Assembly (NCBI GenBank): GCA_004022145.1
Contig: RCNU01000001.1
Source of the DNA: Paecilomyces variotii
Lineage: Eukaryota
Length of the DNA: 64,000 nucleotides
Direction: 5' to 3' (one strand)
A program made the translations under genes and the position numbers. This document shows positions 26,744-40,926 of this stretch, piece by piece. Each line of letters starts with the position of its first letter. Positions within the stretch are counted from its first letter, which is position 1. The notes below the pieces were generated by a model. It was not told the origin of the DNA. It made no database searches and saw only the letters and a program-made list of their open reading frames with translations.

Positions 26744-27117
26744 GGTGTCTTTTTCTTTTTGGTTTGGTTTGGTTTCGTTGTGTATTATTTATATACGGTC
26801 CTTGTCATTATCGTGATTTAAATCTGGGAGAACTTTAGTGGTATATAATCCACTTCGAGAAATAAGATACTGTTCGATCCCAAACGCAGAAAAACCTTCA
26901 TGTAGCGCACATATCTATAGGCTTCTAATGATGCACAAGTGGGATAAGATACTCCCACAGTCAACAGGTTCAAGGGAACTAAAAGAGCTCTTAAAACATA
27001 CAGACGGATACTCATAATGACCATCTGGTCAAATCGTATCTCACACAAAGACCAACTAGAACCGGAAACTCGCTGGAAAAGAGTCGTCTGCAATCGCCCA
27101 GCGACTGCTGTCTGTGT

Positions 27118-30100
27118 TTAATCCGCAAGAACAATTCTTAGCATCGACACGAATGGATCCTGTAGTTTCAGGACCTCCTTCACTTCCGGCTTGACGGGTT
27201 CGCCGGCGGCACGTCGGAGATGATCTCGTTTCTTCGCTCGGCGTTTCCGCTCAGCGGCAATAGGGTCGAGATCATCGTCTGCGTTCTCGTCTGATTCGTC
27301 GGACTCGTCGTCGGAGATGGCGAGATCTTCGAGATCAGCCTAGAGACATGTTAGTTGGATATAAAAAGGTGTAGGGAGGATGACCATACCTCGTCCAAGC
27401 CAAAGTCACTACTTCGGAAGGTTGCGCTTCCGGGTACAGAGTCACTGCCGGTGCCTTCTGCAGCCATCTTCTGTCTAGTCTTGTCGTTGTGCCACTTCTT
27501 TCTATCCTCTTGCCACTTGACGAGGGAATTGATCTCTTGGATGGCAACTTCCTTGTCAATCCGTCCAACATCTATAGCTCCTCGGAAAAGAGCGTTCATG
27601 TCGAGCTTTCCGCCTTTAGGACCCTTGCGAAGGAACTCCAAGATATCTTCCACCCATGCCATCAGGGATCCAAATAGCCCGTTGTCATGAATGTGAACCT
27701 CGTGAACAAACTTGTAAAAGCTATCTTGGTGACGAGCACATAGGTCGATAAAAGACTGAACGGTCTGGTTCGGGTCAGCAGAGACGTCCTGCCGTTGAGC
27801 CTTTTCGATAGTTGCTATAGCATCATCGGCGAAACGCGCAAAGTCTGTGATACTGTTGTACACATTCGCAGATTTGTAGACGCGCACCAGAGGTTCATAA
27901 AATATTGTGAAGAGGTCGCGGAATAATTGAAGAGTGACCGGCTGCAAGAAGAGATTAGTTTCGGACTACATTTCCAATAAACGCAGAACATACCTCTTCA
28001 ATAATGCTCAACATCATGGCCTTGTCGCGCTGTCTCGTATAGAGTTTCAACAATTGCTTCAGGTGTGCAAACCACTGCGCGCCCTGCTTCATCTCGAGAT
28101 CGACCTGACCAGTCAGTCTATTGTTATCAATATACCAGGGCAATCTAGCTCACATTTTCAACGGCATGATTCCACGCCACATAGGAATTGAACACTTTGC
28201 CAACCTGTTCTGGAGTGAGGGCCGGTTCTATGAGCTCGGACCTCAGAACGGCAACGACTATGTCCACGTCCTCCGCTGCCGCCTCCTGTCGGATTTCGTT
28301 CTTCAGCTGTTCGTCCGCATCCGTGAAAGCTTTCAGTTTCTGCGTCAGGACCGGGTCGTCGATCTTTGCTACCATTTCATCTATCGCCTTTTGGAAAGCC
28401 TTGATGCCGTCATGCAAAGTCATGGCAAATATCCGCTGTAAAAGCGATCGTGAACCGAACGGTTGAGCTAGGAAGAGATCCAGGACACCAGACATGACTG
28501 CCGCAGGGTTTGCGATGCGGATGACGTTCTTCATCAGGGTATAAGGGATGAGCGAGTGAATTCTCTTTGCCTGGGCGAATAGCTCTGGGGAGTTATCTTC
28601 GGCAAGGAAAAGATGATATATCGTGGCAGCAACTCTGGAATTGAATGGTCAGAACAGAATCAACGGAGTGACGCTCTTCACATACTCGATACGGAGCCAT
28701 TCGGCGAATTTTTGATACTCAGGGCTCAACTCTGCTATCGTATTTTTCTCTCGGATCTCCGAGAACAGCCTTGTCAACCCGTCTACGAAAGTTAGCCTGG
28801 CACTCTCGAACAGAATCACGAGAACTTACTGCTCTCCACAATATCTCTGCGGAACCTCTCCATGTAGACGTCCAGTTCAGCCGCACGCTGCCTTGCAATT
28901 TCATAGAACCTCCTCTGCTCCTCTATCCGCAATGCATCCGCGTCCTTCCGACGCTGAATATCGACCAGGTCTTCTTCGTTAAGACTGATCGGTTCTCTGG
29001 TGAGAAATTCCGCCATTGCCTTCGAATCCGCTATGCGCTTATTCTGCAGCAGAGTACGCAAGAAGGCTCGTAGAGACACCCGTTGTTCCTCTCTATAGAG
29101 GACGACATCATCTCTCGACAGCTCTCCTGACGCGCGAGGCGATTTCGGCGACCTTCCCAGAGCAGATCCGAGGCTGGACCCTATAGTGGATTTAGAGGCA
29201 GACCGGCTGTGGCCTCCGGGGGCCAGGCTACGGCCATCTGCACCAGCGATCGAGCTCTCATCCGCCGGCCCCGGGTCCTGCGTTGAGATTGAGGACAGCG
29301 AAGAGGCATCATCATCAGCGGTGCTGAACCAGCTAGTAGAAGTGGATGTTTTGTTCTTCCTGGGCAGTGGCGGTAGGATCTTTCCCGGCAGTTCTGTCCG
29401 CAACCTCTTGTGTAGCTTCGCGAAATCTCCGTATCTCTTTGCGACGTAGACGTCGGACTTTCCCTCGCGACGGACTCTAAGGATGAATTCCTACGGAAAT
29501 CAGCAGTGTCTCATACGAACAATGTCAGTTCCTACGTACCGCATGCCGATGATGTCTCACCGTGCGTCTGATAGAGGTCGACCTCACACCAGCCACGTTG
29601 ACGTCCCATCCATTGATAAAGTGCCCATCGGGGATATTGACCAACAGTCCCTGTTCGTTGGCCCCGCGATCCACAACTTCCATCTCCGCAAAGCGTATCC
29701 GTTCTTCGTAGCCCGAGGCCGTCGGAATACCCGATACCATCATCAGCTCGATCAGCTTTTCACATTTTCGCGCCAACTTTCTCCGTTTTGTCTCCTCCAG
29801 ACGGTCTTCGGAAGAGGAAACGTGCTTGTTGGCGAACGACTCGAGGAACTAGCATAGATGTCAGTCACGCTGGGACCGCTGCGGAGCTCCAAGTCAATCG
29901 AACGGCGGACGCACCACCTGCAGCTTATCCTGCCAGAACTCCTTCTCCCTGGCCTGGTCGAGGAACGGGAAGTTCCGCACATGGTTAACGAATATATATC
30001 GCAAGATGGGTAGATCTGAGTCGACAGGAGCAATCTCTCCGAATTCCGACTTGAACGGTGCACCGAATCGCCGCAAGGCGGTGGGGGAGTTCAGCTCCGC

Positions 30101-30345
30101 GATCTCGCTGCTGACCTGCCGGCTGATCAGTTCGCGTTTCAGGTCTGTTGATGGTCAGTTAAGAAGTAAAATCGAACGGAAATCGGATGCCACGGACAGT
30201 GCTCTTGTTTTCCAGTCAGGATCTGTCCTGGCGGCGGTGCGGGCTGCGGGCTGTTGAAAGCTATCGCGCTGTCGAGCGGCTTTTGTCGGGTATCACCATT
30301 CGCAGCATTATCTGCACTGATGGTGAGATCATCGCGCCTCGACAT
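27118..30345 (-). CDS. PX-domain protein with PXB/DUF3818-type regions (yeast Ypr097w-like), multi-exon
   Basis: LTGKQEHYLKRELI, ALRRFGAPF, VRNFPFLDQA...FWQDKLQ, SSSEDRLEETKRRKL, PX-type YVAKRYGDFAKLHKRLRTELPGKILPPLPRKNK, YREEQRVSLRAFLR and LFLAQPFG. Confidence 0.88.
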
Positions 30346-31295
30346 CTTCTCGAGACGCCGACAACGAACGGCTTCCGGAGCGGTGGCGGATTATATTAAT
30401 GTGCAGACAGGGAAAGTCGATGGGTGGGAAGTTGAATTTTGGGATCGAACGGACTGGCGGGAAAGACTTCCTTTCAGATGACGTCGTGGGGATGACACGC
30501 GACCTCAGTTAGTTGAATAAATCAAATCAGCTGCCGGTTAATGAAATGAATCATCAATGAATTCCTTTCGCCAGTCTCCTTCTTTTTCTCGTCTTATATC
30601 AGTTGAAAAAAAAGAGACCAGGAAGACAAGAAGAAGTCGAGAGTTACAACAGCCAAGACAACAAGAATAGTTTACGAGCTGCAGCTTTTTTTTCCCCCAC
30701 AAGCTCCCAAAAAGAAGACACTAAAATGAAATAAATTACTTTCTGCTCGTCCTGGAACTCCATCATCTATCTACTCTAACTATCGATCTGCCTTTCAGCA
30801 GACTCTCAGATCGTCTTGTCCACGCCTTAAACCGTCTTTAGTATCTGCTAGTCTCCAGGCCACGGCTGCAGTTGACGCGTCCATTCGGACGGCATCATTT
30901 CAGCCATTCTGAGTCTCCGCCATCATTAGCTGCGGAAAATCTCTCTCCACTTTAACTGACACTACGACCCAAAGTTGAACAGGCTCAAGATCGTTCCAAG
31001 GGTCGTCGTGTCCAAGTGCGACGGGAACGGGACCTCCATCGCGATAGAATGGTTCAGCATAAATGCTAAGAGTCTCGCAGAGACACCGGAGCCTTCACAA
31101 AACCAACCGGTAAGTAATACCATAAAAATAATTAGTCTACATACTAGATTACAATCAGTCATGCGTGTGAATGCGGACCCTAAAATAAATTACACTGGAT
31201 TGGTTTGTTTCACAATCATCGATGTGTAACGGTCCTACGGACAGATGGGGAACCGTTTAACTTCTTGGGCTCCAGGAATAATAATGGGCCCAGTC

Positions 31296-31577
31296 TGTAA
31301 GGCTGAGCGTGGCTGATGCCGTTCTAGAATATCTGGTCTGGAACAAGAATAGAAACAGGCCAATATCGTCTTATTCTTATTCTAGTTAATAATTACTACC
31401 TACTCTAGAATAATACAGTAAATATAGTGACTTAGATGCCGCCCCTTTCTGACACGAGTGATTAAAATGATCAAGTTATAGGACACAGAAAATAATAATA
31501 ACTCTTATATTATTTGACTCTAACCTTCAATCTATCATCCAAGAGGGGGCCAAGTCTGAGGGATCTGGCAGGTTACA
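31296..31577. mobile_element. Possible degenerate solo LTR (282 bp)
   Basis: Starts TGTAA and ends TTACA (TG...CA rule plus 5-bp inverted ends), with an AT/TpA-rich interior. The flanks CAGTC and CAATA match at only 3 of 5 positions as a TSD. Confidence 0.4.
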
Positions 31578-32162
31578 CAATAACCAACGCAACTTATGCA
31601 GATAAGCCCTAATTATTTAATATTGTCCATAGACCAAGCCACTTGAGAATTCGTCTGCCTACAATCCACCAGCTTGAGGATTAGAAATCAGCCACGCCAT
31701 GTTTGATCTGTGCTATGGGGGTGCCAGCTCGTCGTGGTTCCAAACTCTTAGCGCGGTTTTTACACCACTTCCATAACTGATCATATACCACAAAATAATT
31801 AGGGATTAGGGTGATTAGAGGAGAGCGTTTTGGAACTACGCCGAGCTGTAAGCCCTGTGCTATGGCAGGATGAGACCATTCATTTAACTTGGTAATAAGG
31901 ATAATAATAACTACCGATGGCACGCAAAGAAGATGGAAACACATAAAATATCTTTCCACTTGATAACTACGTTCAGCACCTATTCCCCGCTCTCTAAACC
32001 TCTATTCTATCTTGTTCTAACTGTCGGTTCCTCTTTCCAATGAAGCCAAACCCCAACCTCTAATCCACACTAAGAGCAAAGGGACCACAACCCGGCCATC
32101 AAACTAAAGAATCCGTCGGCTAGGCACGTCGCCGCAGTCAAGGCCGAACGTCAACCGGTCCC

Positions 32163-34180
32163 TTAGGCGCTGTTTGAGCGATCCAAGCCTCTTCCCTTGG
32201 CAAACAGAGCGGCTATCGTCGCAACAGCGCCAAACCCCGCAGATACTGCGAAAGATAATCTGATTCCATCATAGTAGACCAGCCGAGCGGCCATCTGGAC
32301 ATCAGGCGGGAGGGTGTGGATTGCAGATACGGAGTGTCTGATATCTTCGATAACCTATCCAAAAAAAACAAAGTCATTTGATCAGCGGCCATTCATAGAT
32401 GATAGGTATCTTGATGTTAATTTCCGGATATGGGATGGGTTTACTTTCCATTTGTCTGGTATTCCACTCAGGGCCGCTGGAAGGCCTGATTTCAGTGTAC
32501 TTTGCACGATGGCAGATGTGATGGCGACGCCCCATACCGTTCCGAGGGAGCGGATCAGGTAGACGGTCGAGGCCGAAACGGCGTGATCTGGAAACAAGGT
32601 GAGGAAAATGATTCTTCTGCAGAAACGAAAAGAAAAAGGAGGCTTGGGGAGGAGGAACGCACCTGCATGGTCGAACGCTGCGAGGAACGTGAAGAGAATA
32701 CCTGGGTAGACAATTCCCTGTCCGAGATTAGCTGGAATGAGGTAAACAATATACTTCCATGAAGCATCGTTGAATCTCAATAACATGACGAGCGTGTTTC
32801 CCAGGAACATCAAGAAAGCACCCGCACGGACGAGGTGCGCCAGATGGCCCCAGCGGGACATGATGATGCCTGAAATCAAACCACCCACGGGCGTCGATAG
32901 AGAGGGAATAACAAGCCGTGCCCCTGCTTTAGTTGCCGAGTCCAGAAGGATGACCTGAAACAACAGAGGCAACGTGAAAAGGAACTGCGCTAGAGTCAGG
33001 ATCTCTAATAATTAGAAACAGGAAATGAGGGACAATCCTTACAGCATATGCCGCCATCCCGACGAAAACATTCGCAATCTGCGTAGAGACTGGCAGAACG
33101 CCGCGCAGCATCTTGAGGGGAATAATCGGGACTGTAGTCGTCTTCGCCTCGACCAGGATGAATAGGGCCAGGAATAAGAAACTTGTCACGAAAGACAGCA
33201 CCACCCATGGACTATCCCACGGTAGCTCATTACCACCCAGACTTAGTCCAACAAGCTGAGTAGAAAGCCCCAAGACGAGAAGCAGGGAACCCGATAGATC
33301 GATACGTTTCCACACACCACGAAAACCGGGTTTGACGCCTGTTAATCCGGTATCCGATGACACTTTGATCACCTTGTTCCCAACCGCGAGAGCAACGATG
33401 GAGACAGGAACCTGGAGAAGAAAGCACCAGCGCCAACCTATTGTGTCTGCAATCGTACCACCAAAGGAAGCACCGCATATTGACCCGAAACCATGCAGGA
33501 CGTTCTGAGCAGCTTGGTACAAGCCTCGTTCTCGAAACGGGATCATGTCGGAGTTGATGATTGTAGCTGAGAACATGGATCAGATTTGCTTTGAATCATA
33601 ACAACCAGCTCACAGTCCTTACCCATAGTCATAAGCCCGCCACCACCGATTCCAGCCAGAGCTCTCATAGCGTTCAAGAAGATGATATCCTTAGCCAGCC
33701 CACTGCCCACACAACCCAGCATGAACATGATAGTAGAGGTGAAAAAGCACACTCGTCGCCCGAAAATATCAGAGAACCTGCCATACAGAGGCTGGAACGC
33801 CGTACTGGTAATCAGATACGAAGTTGTCAACCAGGACGCTGTATTCGCAGCATGGAACTCTGAACTGATAAGAGCGTACGTTGATGCTGTTATTGTGCCG
33901 TCGAACCCGGAAAGGAAAACATTGGCGAAGATGGCTAGATATAAAATCAGCACTTTAACTATCCCAGATAAAGCTTCTAAGGCCATATTCATCGATACAT
34001 ACCCAGTTCAATCCAGATAAACCCCTTTGGAGCCTTCCAGGTTTGCGGTTCCGTGTCTGGCTGCAACAATGGCTGCACTTCGTTCGGCTGCACCACAGAC
34101 TCCGCGTCGAAGTCATCACCAAAAGACGTCGCGACGTCGCGAACCCCATAGATTTCTCTTTCTGAATCTGGAGAAAACAT
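32163..34180 (-). CDS. MFS drug/H+ antiporter-type transporter (Vba-like, about 14 TMS), multi-exon
   Basis: AIFANVFLSGFDGTITASTY, WLTTSYLITSTAFQPLYGRFSDIFGRR, RALAGIGGGGLMTM, SDMIPFRERGLYQA, GWRWCFLLQVP and YLIRSLGTVWGVAI. The start at 34180 is tentative. Confidence 0.88.
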
Positions 34181-34970
34181 TCTTCTTTTTCCTTTTCTTT
34201 CTTATCACCCAATTCGATAATGTCTGATTGTTTCCAGGTACTGTACGTTCCCCGCACTTCAATATATCAAGTCCCCAATCTCAACCCCGCACACTCACCA
34301 GTGATATATTCAACAAATGCAAAAAATGACACAGTACAATTAGAGGATATTTTAATTCAAGCACCACGACTAGCCTCTATCAAAAAGTTAAGACTATTGG
34401 TGAATGGCAGATGAGGAAATTTGTATCAACATAAAAGGACAATCGTCTCTTACTGAAGGCACGCATATGACACAACTGAAAATCCCACATGAAATTTAAA
34501 CACGAGTAGTTAAGCGAAAAGAGATCCGTGCCAACTTCACTATGTGCATACAATTTGACAGGAGGGGTGAAATCTACTAAGTTAAACTAAGCAGCACGAA
34601 ATCCCGCCCCATTATTGCATTACCCGATCGAGTGGGGAAATTTCGGAGGAGATTGGCCTCTTGGAAGTAATAATAACTTGGCAAGGAGAGCTTTACTCAT
34701 AGTTAGCAGGTGATCTAACTATATCAATTTACTGAATTTCTGGACTTCTGTTCGATCAGCGGGATCTCGATCGAGACCTGTATATAGTATACAGTGCGAT
34801 CTGTGGTTCTTGGGTACCTAGGTCTGGGGGGCTAAAGTAACTCGATGAAGTTGAGAATTTTGATTCATTGATTGCATGAAGCTAAGCTTTTCAGAAGTCT
34901 GATAACAATACACAAAGCTGCGTTTATGCTATGGAATATGCACCGTCATGAAAAGATCACAACGTTGCTC

Positions 34971-37134
34971 TCACAGCTTCGCCTGACCACCCAACTTATC
35001 CACCACACAGCACGATTTCGAAGAGGGAAAAGCATCTCTCGAGACATTATCCACAGAAACACTCGAGGGCGGAACCCACAAGGCCGGGTTCTTCTGGAAG
35101 AAATTCGACGCCCGTAGCATTATACTCACCGGTTCCGTTGGCATAATGGGGAAGTCTTCCGTGCGCGGGAAATGTGTCAAGCCGAACTGCATGTAGCATA
35201 CGATATCTGTGTTTTCGATAGACTCGTTCCTGGAGGCCCAGTCGACGATGTTCTCGTTTCCGGGATAGTTGTCCTCTCCGGTCGATTGGCAGACGTAGTC
35301 GCCGGCTGGATATAGTTCGTAGTCTCGGTAGGGGAGAACCCAGAGGGATTTGCGGGCAAATCCTGCGCGCTTGTAGACTGTGCTTCCGGGTTTAGCTAGC
35401 AGACCAGGGCATTGGTTGTTGATGATCTTGTAAGCGACTGGTTTCTTGCAGATGGGATTTATTATGTTGGGATTGACAATATCCCACGAGCGGCTTGTTT
35501 CGTGGCAGTAGTCGACGGCCCCTTCAAGGGATGTTTTCAGGGGCGTCTTCTTGCTGTAGAAAGCATTGCCGTATCGGTTCCCATGAGACCCAACAGGCTC
35601 GTCACCAGCGACAGCGTCGCTCTGAATGACTGTGTTGTTCGGACCGTCTATTTCAGGATCGATCCTGAGCGAGAAAATGTGCTGGTGGTTCTGTGCAGTG
35701 ATGTTTCTAGCAACTTCAGTGCCATAGGGGGCAGCTTGTTCTGTAGGATGCATACAATAGGTGTTGAGCATGCCAGTCAGCTTGACTTCAAGCTTGTAGG
35801 TTCCGTCCAGGGAAAAGATGTGATAGAACGCATAGTCGTAGTTTGCAGCAGTGATGATCTGCGAGATAATGAGCTTGCGGTCGCGCGCTGAGATCACGCT
35901 TCCATCGCGGAAGTCGGTATGCTTATACAGCAGACCATTGTCTTCTTCGTGAATGCAGACTGCATTCTTGACAATAGCAGCCTCACCCTTTGCTGTCGAC
36001 AGGACAGCATCAAGGTAATGGATAGTACCCTTGCAGTCGCAACCCAACTGGAGTGAATTGGTCATCAGACCGCTGCCATACTCTCCGACGTCGAAAGCAT
36101 GTTTCTTATGGTGAGGGGCGTCGGGAGAACCGTAAGGGACAACCATCTCAGCAACGCTGATCCTGTTGAAGAGGGCGCGTTCACGGTTCTCGTATGGGTC
36201 ATCGATTCGGACATCAGAGATGACAATGCCTTCACGATAGTTGAACCCAATGTGCATTTTGTATCCAGCCCACGACAGTTCATTTCCCTTCATCTGGAAA
36301 GAAACGCCTTCTGGCTGTGTGATATTTATGGGCTTCAATTGGTCCATCTTGTAAGACCTGCCAATGAACTCAGGGAGGTAATTGTGTTCATCCAAAGGAA
36401 TCCTGGTCCGTTCCCCATTGACAAGTCGTATGTCCACGCTGAGGACTTCCTCTGTTTCCGTGTCCACCACCACGGCAAAGTCAAGCGGATGAGCATATTG
36501 GTTATCATTGGCGGAATTCCTATAGTAGGCAAGACCCTGTTGCAAGCGACGCTCGAATCCCCAGCGCTCATCGATACCGATGGCCCACGCGTCGAAGAAG
36601 ACCCTGGACATATCCGTAATGCCAATCGCCTCGCAGGCCTCGATCACACGGGTGTCACTCTTTGCCACACGCTCCGTCACATCGAGGTCCTCAAGAGTCA
36701 ATGTAGGCATCACGTCCTTCACAATCTTCCATTGTTCAACGCAGCTTGTAGTCAGGTTAACAATGACCTCTGCGACATTGCAGGTCCCTTGCTCCAGAAC
36801 TATCGAAAACGCGCGTCTATCGGGATGGGGGCTCTCTCCACGACGGAAAGCAGCATACTCCTTCTTTAATGGCTCTCGTAGCGTGATGCAGTTGAACTTG
36901 ACTTTCTTGGGGCTCGCATATTGGCGGATCAATTGCGCCACGATGGGAATCTCTGTCACTGAGAGCTGATCTGGATCGACAGTCAGTAGGCAACCTAGAT
37001 GTACATACGAGTAACACAACCAACGTACCTAACGGGTGAGGAATCGTGCTCGACTTTTGGGGGACTGCAGCTTTGTCATCATCCCCATCATGGTAGATGG
37101 TCCAGCCTGCTATCGAGGTCGTATCCAGATTCAT
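34971..37134 (-). CDS. Copper amine oxidase (TPQ-dependent), predicted peroxisomal
   Basis: PHPL|DQLS N-terminus (one intron), NQYAHP, AFDVGEYG, LGCDCKG, TAANYDY (TPQ consensus N-Y-D), HQH and THFPR copper ligands, EDFPIMP, and C-terminal AKL (PTS1). Confidence 0.95.
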
Positions 37135-37429
37135 GGTTGTTGTTCACTGCTGTAGCTACAGGAGTTGAGCACATTGGCAGAAGACTTGCGGGAGAGAGAA
37201 CTGAGCCCTTTATATCACTGTCGACGAAACGAGACCCGCATGCACTTTCCTATTGTGGAATTGAAGTTATTATTCTTTGTTATGATTCTGCCGGTTGTGG
37301 CCGGCAGATTGCCCATTTGACTGAATAACAGTACTTCTAGGGTACTTTGACACCAAACAATTCGTACAAGGTATTCATTGAACAGCCCCATGACAGCCGC
37401 TTGGACCAACCTGAACAGGAATGTCTGGG

Positions 37430-37645
37430 AGATAACATGCAGCACCTCTTTTTATTGTCTGTGTCATCTGCCGCTGTCCGGGCTGTTCTACCATATAATA
37501 ATGAAGTCTTATCATTGCTAGCAAGTCTCCATGGCCCGCGGTAAATGTTGGGCTCCACCGTACTCGTCCCGAAATGGGAAGTCCATCCAGAATCCGAGGG
37601 GCAGATAACCCTTAGCTTGCAATTCACGATAACGCTGATCTATCT
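37430..37645. promoter_or_regulatory. Cluster of HGATAR (AreA-type GATA) sites upstream of the amine oxidase
   Basis: AGATAA at 37430, TTATCA at 37509, AGATAA at 37603, CGATAA at 37627 and CTATCT at 37640. This fits nitrogen-metabolite repression. Confidence 0.45.
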
Positions 37646-38181
37646 ACAGAGCGCGGGGAAGGGCGTGCTTAGCAGGAGAAAATAAAACAATTGTGCGGAA
37701 TTGACTACGATCTAGAAGGAAGTTGACCTGAGTTAGCAATCCACAATGGCTGACTGAACCTACGCTACAGTACTCCGTACATGGAAGAGAAACCTTGCTA
37801 TGGAATATCAATTGCTATCTCTCTCTGTCCAGACTGATTCATACGAGCTAGAGTATTCATTCTCTTTTCTCCACATTACATGAGCTGAGAGGTCGGCTCA
37901 AGCAAACCATCAAGGAACCCAACACTGAACGACACAGCGCAATCAAAACCACAGAGTTGCCCCATCAAAATGAATTCATAGCAGAAGGGGGGTAGCGCGA
38001 CATGTAAACCGCGCTCAGATCTCATTCATCATGCAGAAATAAGTAATAGTAAGCTATAGAAAACAGACAAGAAGTGTCGGGACGCCGCCCGCGCTAAAAA
38101 GAAAAGAGAAGAGAAGAAAAGAAAAGAAGAATAAGGGTGGCCATAAGAATAGACAGTTAATGTATGTAAGCTGGAGACTCG

Positions 38182-40926
38182 CTAACCCAAATAGTCGTCC
38201 AGATCCATCATACCGTTGTTGAAATTAGAAGTTGCGAAGCATTGTCCCGCCCAGGAATGGTCTCCAAGCCGCTCATTGTTGGCTGTGTTCAGTGGAGGGA
38301 ACATCTGGTTCGATTCATGTGCAGTGTGCAGATCATAGGGCCTGGCTGCTCCTCCTGCAAAATTACCACCTGCATTGGCACCGTTCTCGTAGAGAGTAAA
38401 ATCATTCATGGGCTTTTCGCTCCAGCCACAGTTATAAAGATCCGTGAAAGCCGCATCGACGTTGCTAGAGTACGGGGAATAGAGCATCAGATTGCCTTGG
38501 CCACCGGGAGACAGGGAGGAGATCTTGCACTCTTGAGGCATAAGAGGGGAAGCATTACAGATGGAAGGGTTTCGAGAAAACGAATTCATGCCGTGCGCCT
38601 CGACAGAGCCGTCGGGTGTCAGCAGCTGCATGTTCATAGCAGTGAAATCCCCGTCCATGTTACCCGATGAAATGTTGCTCCAGTCGATGTCAAAGTTAAT
38701 GCTGCTATCGGTGGACGTCAGAGGAGAATCATCGAAGATCCCAGGCGCGCCCATCGAGTCGGTGGCCGTGCCAGTAGAGTCAAACGATGGCCGGTGGATA
38801 TCCGTGGGCTGGAGAAGCTCATTGCGAGGTGCAGCCTCCAGTTGAGCGCGGAAAGCTTCGAAGTCTGACGAAGTGAAAGGACCGAAGTCATCAAGACCAG
38901 CGCCAGTCGGATCCTCATACGGGCTGTTATCCGGGAAAAGCTGGAAGTCTTCATTCGAGGCAGAAGGCGGATCCGCGAAGGAGAACGGAGGGTCGATGGG
39001 GTAACTCATTACTGGTTCAAACGGAGAGGGCGCGGGACCAGTCATGGGTGTGGGCAGGTGGTCAGTGAGATTGGAGATTGGTGTAGCCATACTAGGCGTC
39101 TGTGGGACGCTAGGCGTCTGCGGGATGGACGAGGGAGTTGATCCCTTCTTCCCGGTCTTCCCGTTGTTTTTCGAGCGGACATAAACCCATCCATGCGCTT
39201 TCTCCATGTGCTGTTTGCAGTTGCTCTCGCGCTTAGACTGGTATGTGCATGGTGAGAAGCTGCACTTGTACAGAGCTGGAGTGGTAGAGTGTTTGTCATT
39301 AACATGGCGATCTCTCTCCTTCTCGGTGGGCCATCCGAGTTCGAAGTACTTGCACGAAGGCTCGGAACACTTCCACGGACGACTATGCGTCTTTTCGTGT
39401 TTCCTAGAATACGTTAGCTCGCTTCACAACGGAGAATGGGAGATTTGCACTTACGTGAGATCACATGGTCTCTTGAAGACCTTGTCACAGTCTTTGCACT
39501 TTTGGTTGATATCCATGGGAGGTGCATTCTTCTTGCGGCGGGCCATGGAACGGACTACCCCATCGTCAAGAGTCTCGGTGCTCAGAGACCGCTTAAACGT
39601 AGGAACGGAATTTTCTTCATAGGGTTTTCCTGTACGGAGAGACACAGCCTTGCCATCCTTATGGCAGACCAGCTCAGCTGGCCGTCCGTTTTGAGACAGA
39701 CCACCCTCGAGAGTGAGGCGTTCGCCGGCGTGGTCATCATTCACCTCCTCCGAGGGTTGCGCCGAAGCCCGGCGGGCGCGGGCCCTCTCTCTAGAAGCCG
39801 CCATCATAGCTGCGTACTGTCTAATCTGTGCAACGAGGTCGAGAAAGTAGCCGTTAGTGTAAGGTCGGTCGGTTGGTAGTCGTTGCTCGCGATCGTTAAG
39901 ATGCCCGACTGCCGTATGAATGCACTGGATCGAAAACTCGCAGAAACCGAGATATGACGCCTTGGAAAAACGAGAGAATTGCTTCAAGCGCGAAAAATAA
40001 GCAGTGCCCCAGACGCCCCTATTCCGAGATTCACTTACCGGTGCTAACCACAGAAGGGTCTTTTCGAGGTCACGGAGACAGGCAATCTCTTTATTGGCGA
40101 TCCGCTGGGGAACACTCTTGACGAGGTCGTGGAATGGTTTCAACTTGTCTTCTTTCAGAATCGGGATAAGGACATAACGTTCAATCCGCTTGCATGCAGA
40201 CAAGCTCAACTGGGAGCGTTCGGGAGCTGTGATATCAGAGGAGATGGAACTGGTAATGGCAGACTGCTGCATTTTAAAGCTTTCGGTAGAGCCACGCTTC
40301 CAACCTTCTACAGACATGTGACCTGCTTTGACTGGCAATAGGTTAATATCATTGGAAGCATAGGTGTCCGGTGAAATCAACGCACCTTGCCCGCTACGGC
40401 CAGATGGGTAGAGTGCCGCGCTGCTGCTGATGGAAGAACCCAAGCCGCTGTCGGACAGTTGCTGGCGGTGTCTGGGGGCCTTTTCCGGCTGGTCCATTGG
40501 CGGCGAGAGCAGACCGTGCGTGCGGACCGGGAGCGTGTCCATTGCGTCAGTCCGCCCAACGTGAGCCTGTAGAATACCTCTCGGGACAGGAAGGTCGTCG
40601 TCGTGGGTCTTGGTGGATGCGGAGAGGGAGTCCAAATTGAAGCGGTCCAAGATACCAGCCATACGCTGTTCACCGGCGGCGATGGCCTCGAGCGACCGCA
40701 GGCATGTAGGGGACCGTCGAGGCAACGACGGGATGCTGAGAACGGGGTCACGGTCCTCAGACGGCGACGTAGGTGAGTGGAAAGTCTCTGCCTTCCTCAG
40801 ACGCATACTAGGGCATGGCGATGCAGAGTCCTGACGGTCTGAAGAGGACGGGAGGGAGGGTACAGCGGTCTTTAATGGACGGCGACGAGGGTGAACATGG
40901 GACTGCTGAGCCTGGGGCGCGGACAT
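38182..40926 (-). CDS. sltA: C2H2 transcription factor SltA/Ace1
   Basis: MARRKKNAPPMDINQKCKDCDKVFKRPCDLT|KHEKTHSRPWKCSEPSCKYFELGWPTEKERDRHVNDKH...YKCSFSPCTYQSKRESNCKQHMEKAHGWVYVRSKNNG gives three Ace1-type fingers. N-terminal CLRDLEKTL and LPTDRPYTNGYFLDLV blocks are also present. Confidence 0.92.
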
